Shown here one piece after another: positions 63,320-64,000 of a stretch of DNA of 64,000 nucleotides. Made by a program: the position numbers and the translations under genes. The notes below the pieces were generated by a model that saw only the letters and a program-made list of their open reading frames with translations, was not told where the DNA came from and did no database searches. The first letter of the stretch is position 1, and each line of letters begins with the position of its first letter. Source of the stretch: a virus (taxonomy: Duplodnaviria; Caudoviricetes); the IMG/VR virus record IMGVR_UViG_3300032038_000007, positions 32,001-96,000 of that record. One strand, given 5' to 3'.

Positions 63320-64000
63320 TTGAGACTCTAGCTTATCAAGATATGGAATTAAATGCTTTAAATGTTAGTTATGCTGATATTATTAATTCCATTACCATAT
63401 CGGATGTAAAAGTTTTTTTGGAATCATTAGGAGTAACTAACTTACAAGTAAACGAGAGTAAGGGATATATAGTTTGTCCAACGATTTGCCATAACCCGCT
63501 GCATGAAGAAGCTTCAATGAAATTATATTGGTATCAAGATCATAAAATTTTTAGATGTTATACTGAGTGTAATGAAGCTTTTTCTATTTTTACTTTATAT
63601 CAAAAAGTAATAGAGATAAATGAAGGACGAAAGCCAACACTCGTTGAAGCGGAAACGTATGTAAAAAATTGTTTAAAGTATATTCATGTTGATTCTCAGA
63701 AAAATAAATACTCATCGTTATCTATTGATTTAAATAAGTATAAGTATAATAAAATAATTCCAGAATTACCGGAATATCCCAAAGAAATACTGACTTATTT
63801 TACAGAATACTATCATCCGTTGTGGCTAAAAGATGGAATTACTATTGATGCAATGCAAAAATTTAACATTAGTTTTTCTATAGCGCAAAATAAAATCATC
63901 ATTCCGCATAAAGATATACATGGACGATTGATTGGAATTCGTGCAAGAAGTCTAGACCCTAAAGAAGTAGAAGAATTTGGAAAATATAGACCATTACAAA
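63316..64000 (+). CDS. DNA primase, 3' partial
   Basis: ATGA overlap with the helicase; Zn-binding CPTICHN…FRCYTEC; IIIPH..GRLIGIRAR. Confidence 0.75.
   Translation, partial: MIETLAYQDMELNALNVSYADIINSITISDVKVFLESLGVTNLQVNESKGYIVCPTICHNPLHEEASMKLYWYQDHKIFRCYTECNEAFSIFTLYQKVIEINEGRKPTLVEAETYVKNCLKYIHVDSQKNKYSSLSIDLNKYKYNKIIPELPEYPKEILTYFTEYYHPLWLKDGITIDAMQKFNISFSIAQNKIIIPHKDIHGRLIGIRARSLDPKEVEEFGKYRPLQ

Overview
A 64-kb segment of a large, AT-rich tailed-phage genome with all credible genes on the + strand. The host is probably Bacillota, inferred from AGGAGG RBSs, sigmaA-type promoters and an r1t-type holin. The phage uses an alternative genetic code: TAG is a sense codon, almost certainly Gln (code 15), so the supplied standard-code ORF track is fragmented. 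Layout: (i) 1-24 kb, about 15 TAG-rich tail/fibre/receptor-binding genes, including a ~2,200-aa fibre; (ii) 24.4-31.3 kb, a tRNA array of 15 tRNAs plus one D-armless tRNA-like gene, including a tRNA-Trp-like amber suppressor (CUA) with a long variable arm, a tRNA-Leu(UAA) split by a group I intron, a tRNA-Ile(UAU), and several structured non-coding spacers; (iii) a DUF2828 (TROVE/Ro60-like, vWA) gene followed directly by three covarying hairpin RNA units with a conserved ACAGCAA motif, two of which carry anticodon-like stem-loops (best candidate for an undescribed system); (iv) 33-64 kb, early/accessory, nucleotide-metabolism and replication genes (phosphatase, holin, RNase H, dNMP kinase, ligase, ClpP, PhoH, two Dam-like MTases, GIY-YIG nuclease, NDT, uracil/xanthine permease, candidate origin, type IIA topoisomerase B/A, SSB-like, Sak4-like, DnaB, primase) under about 19 near-consensus TTGACT-17-TATAAT promoters. 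All assignments were made by eye from motifs; no database searches were run.
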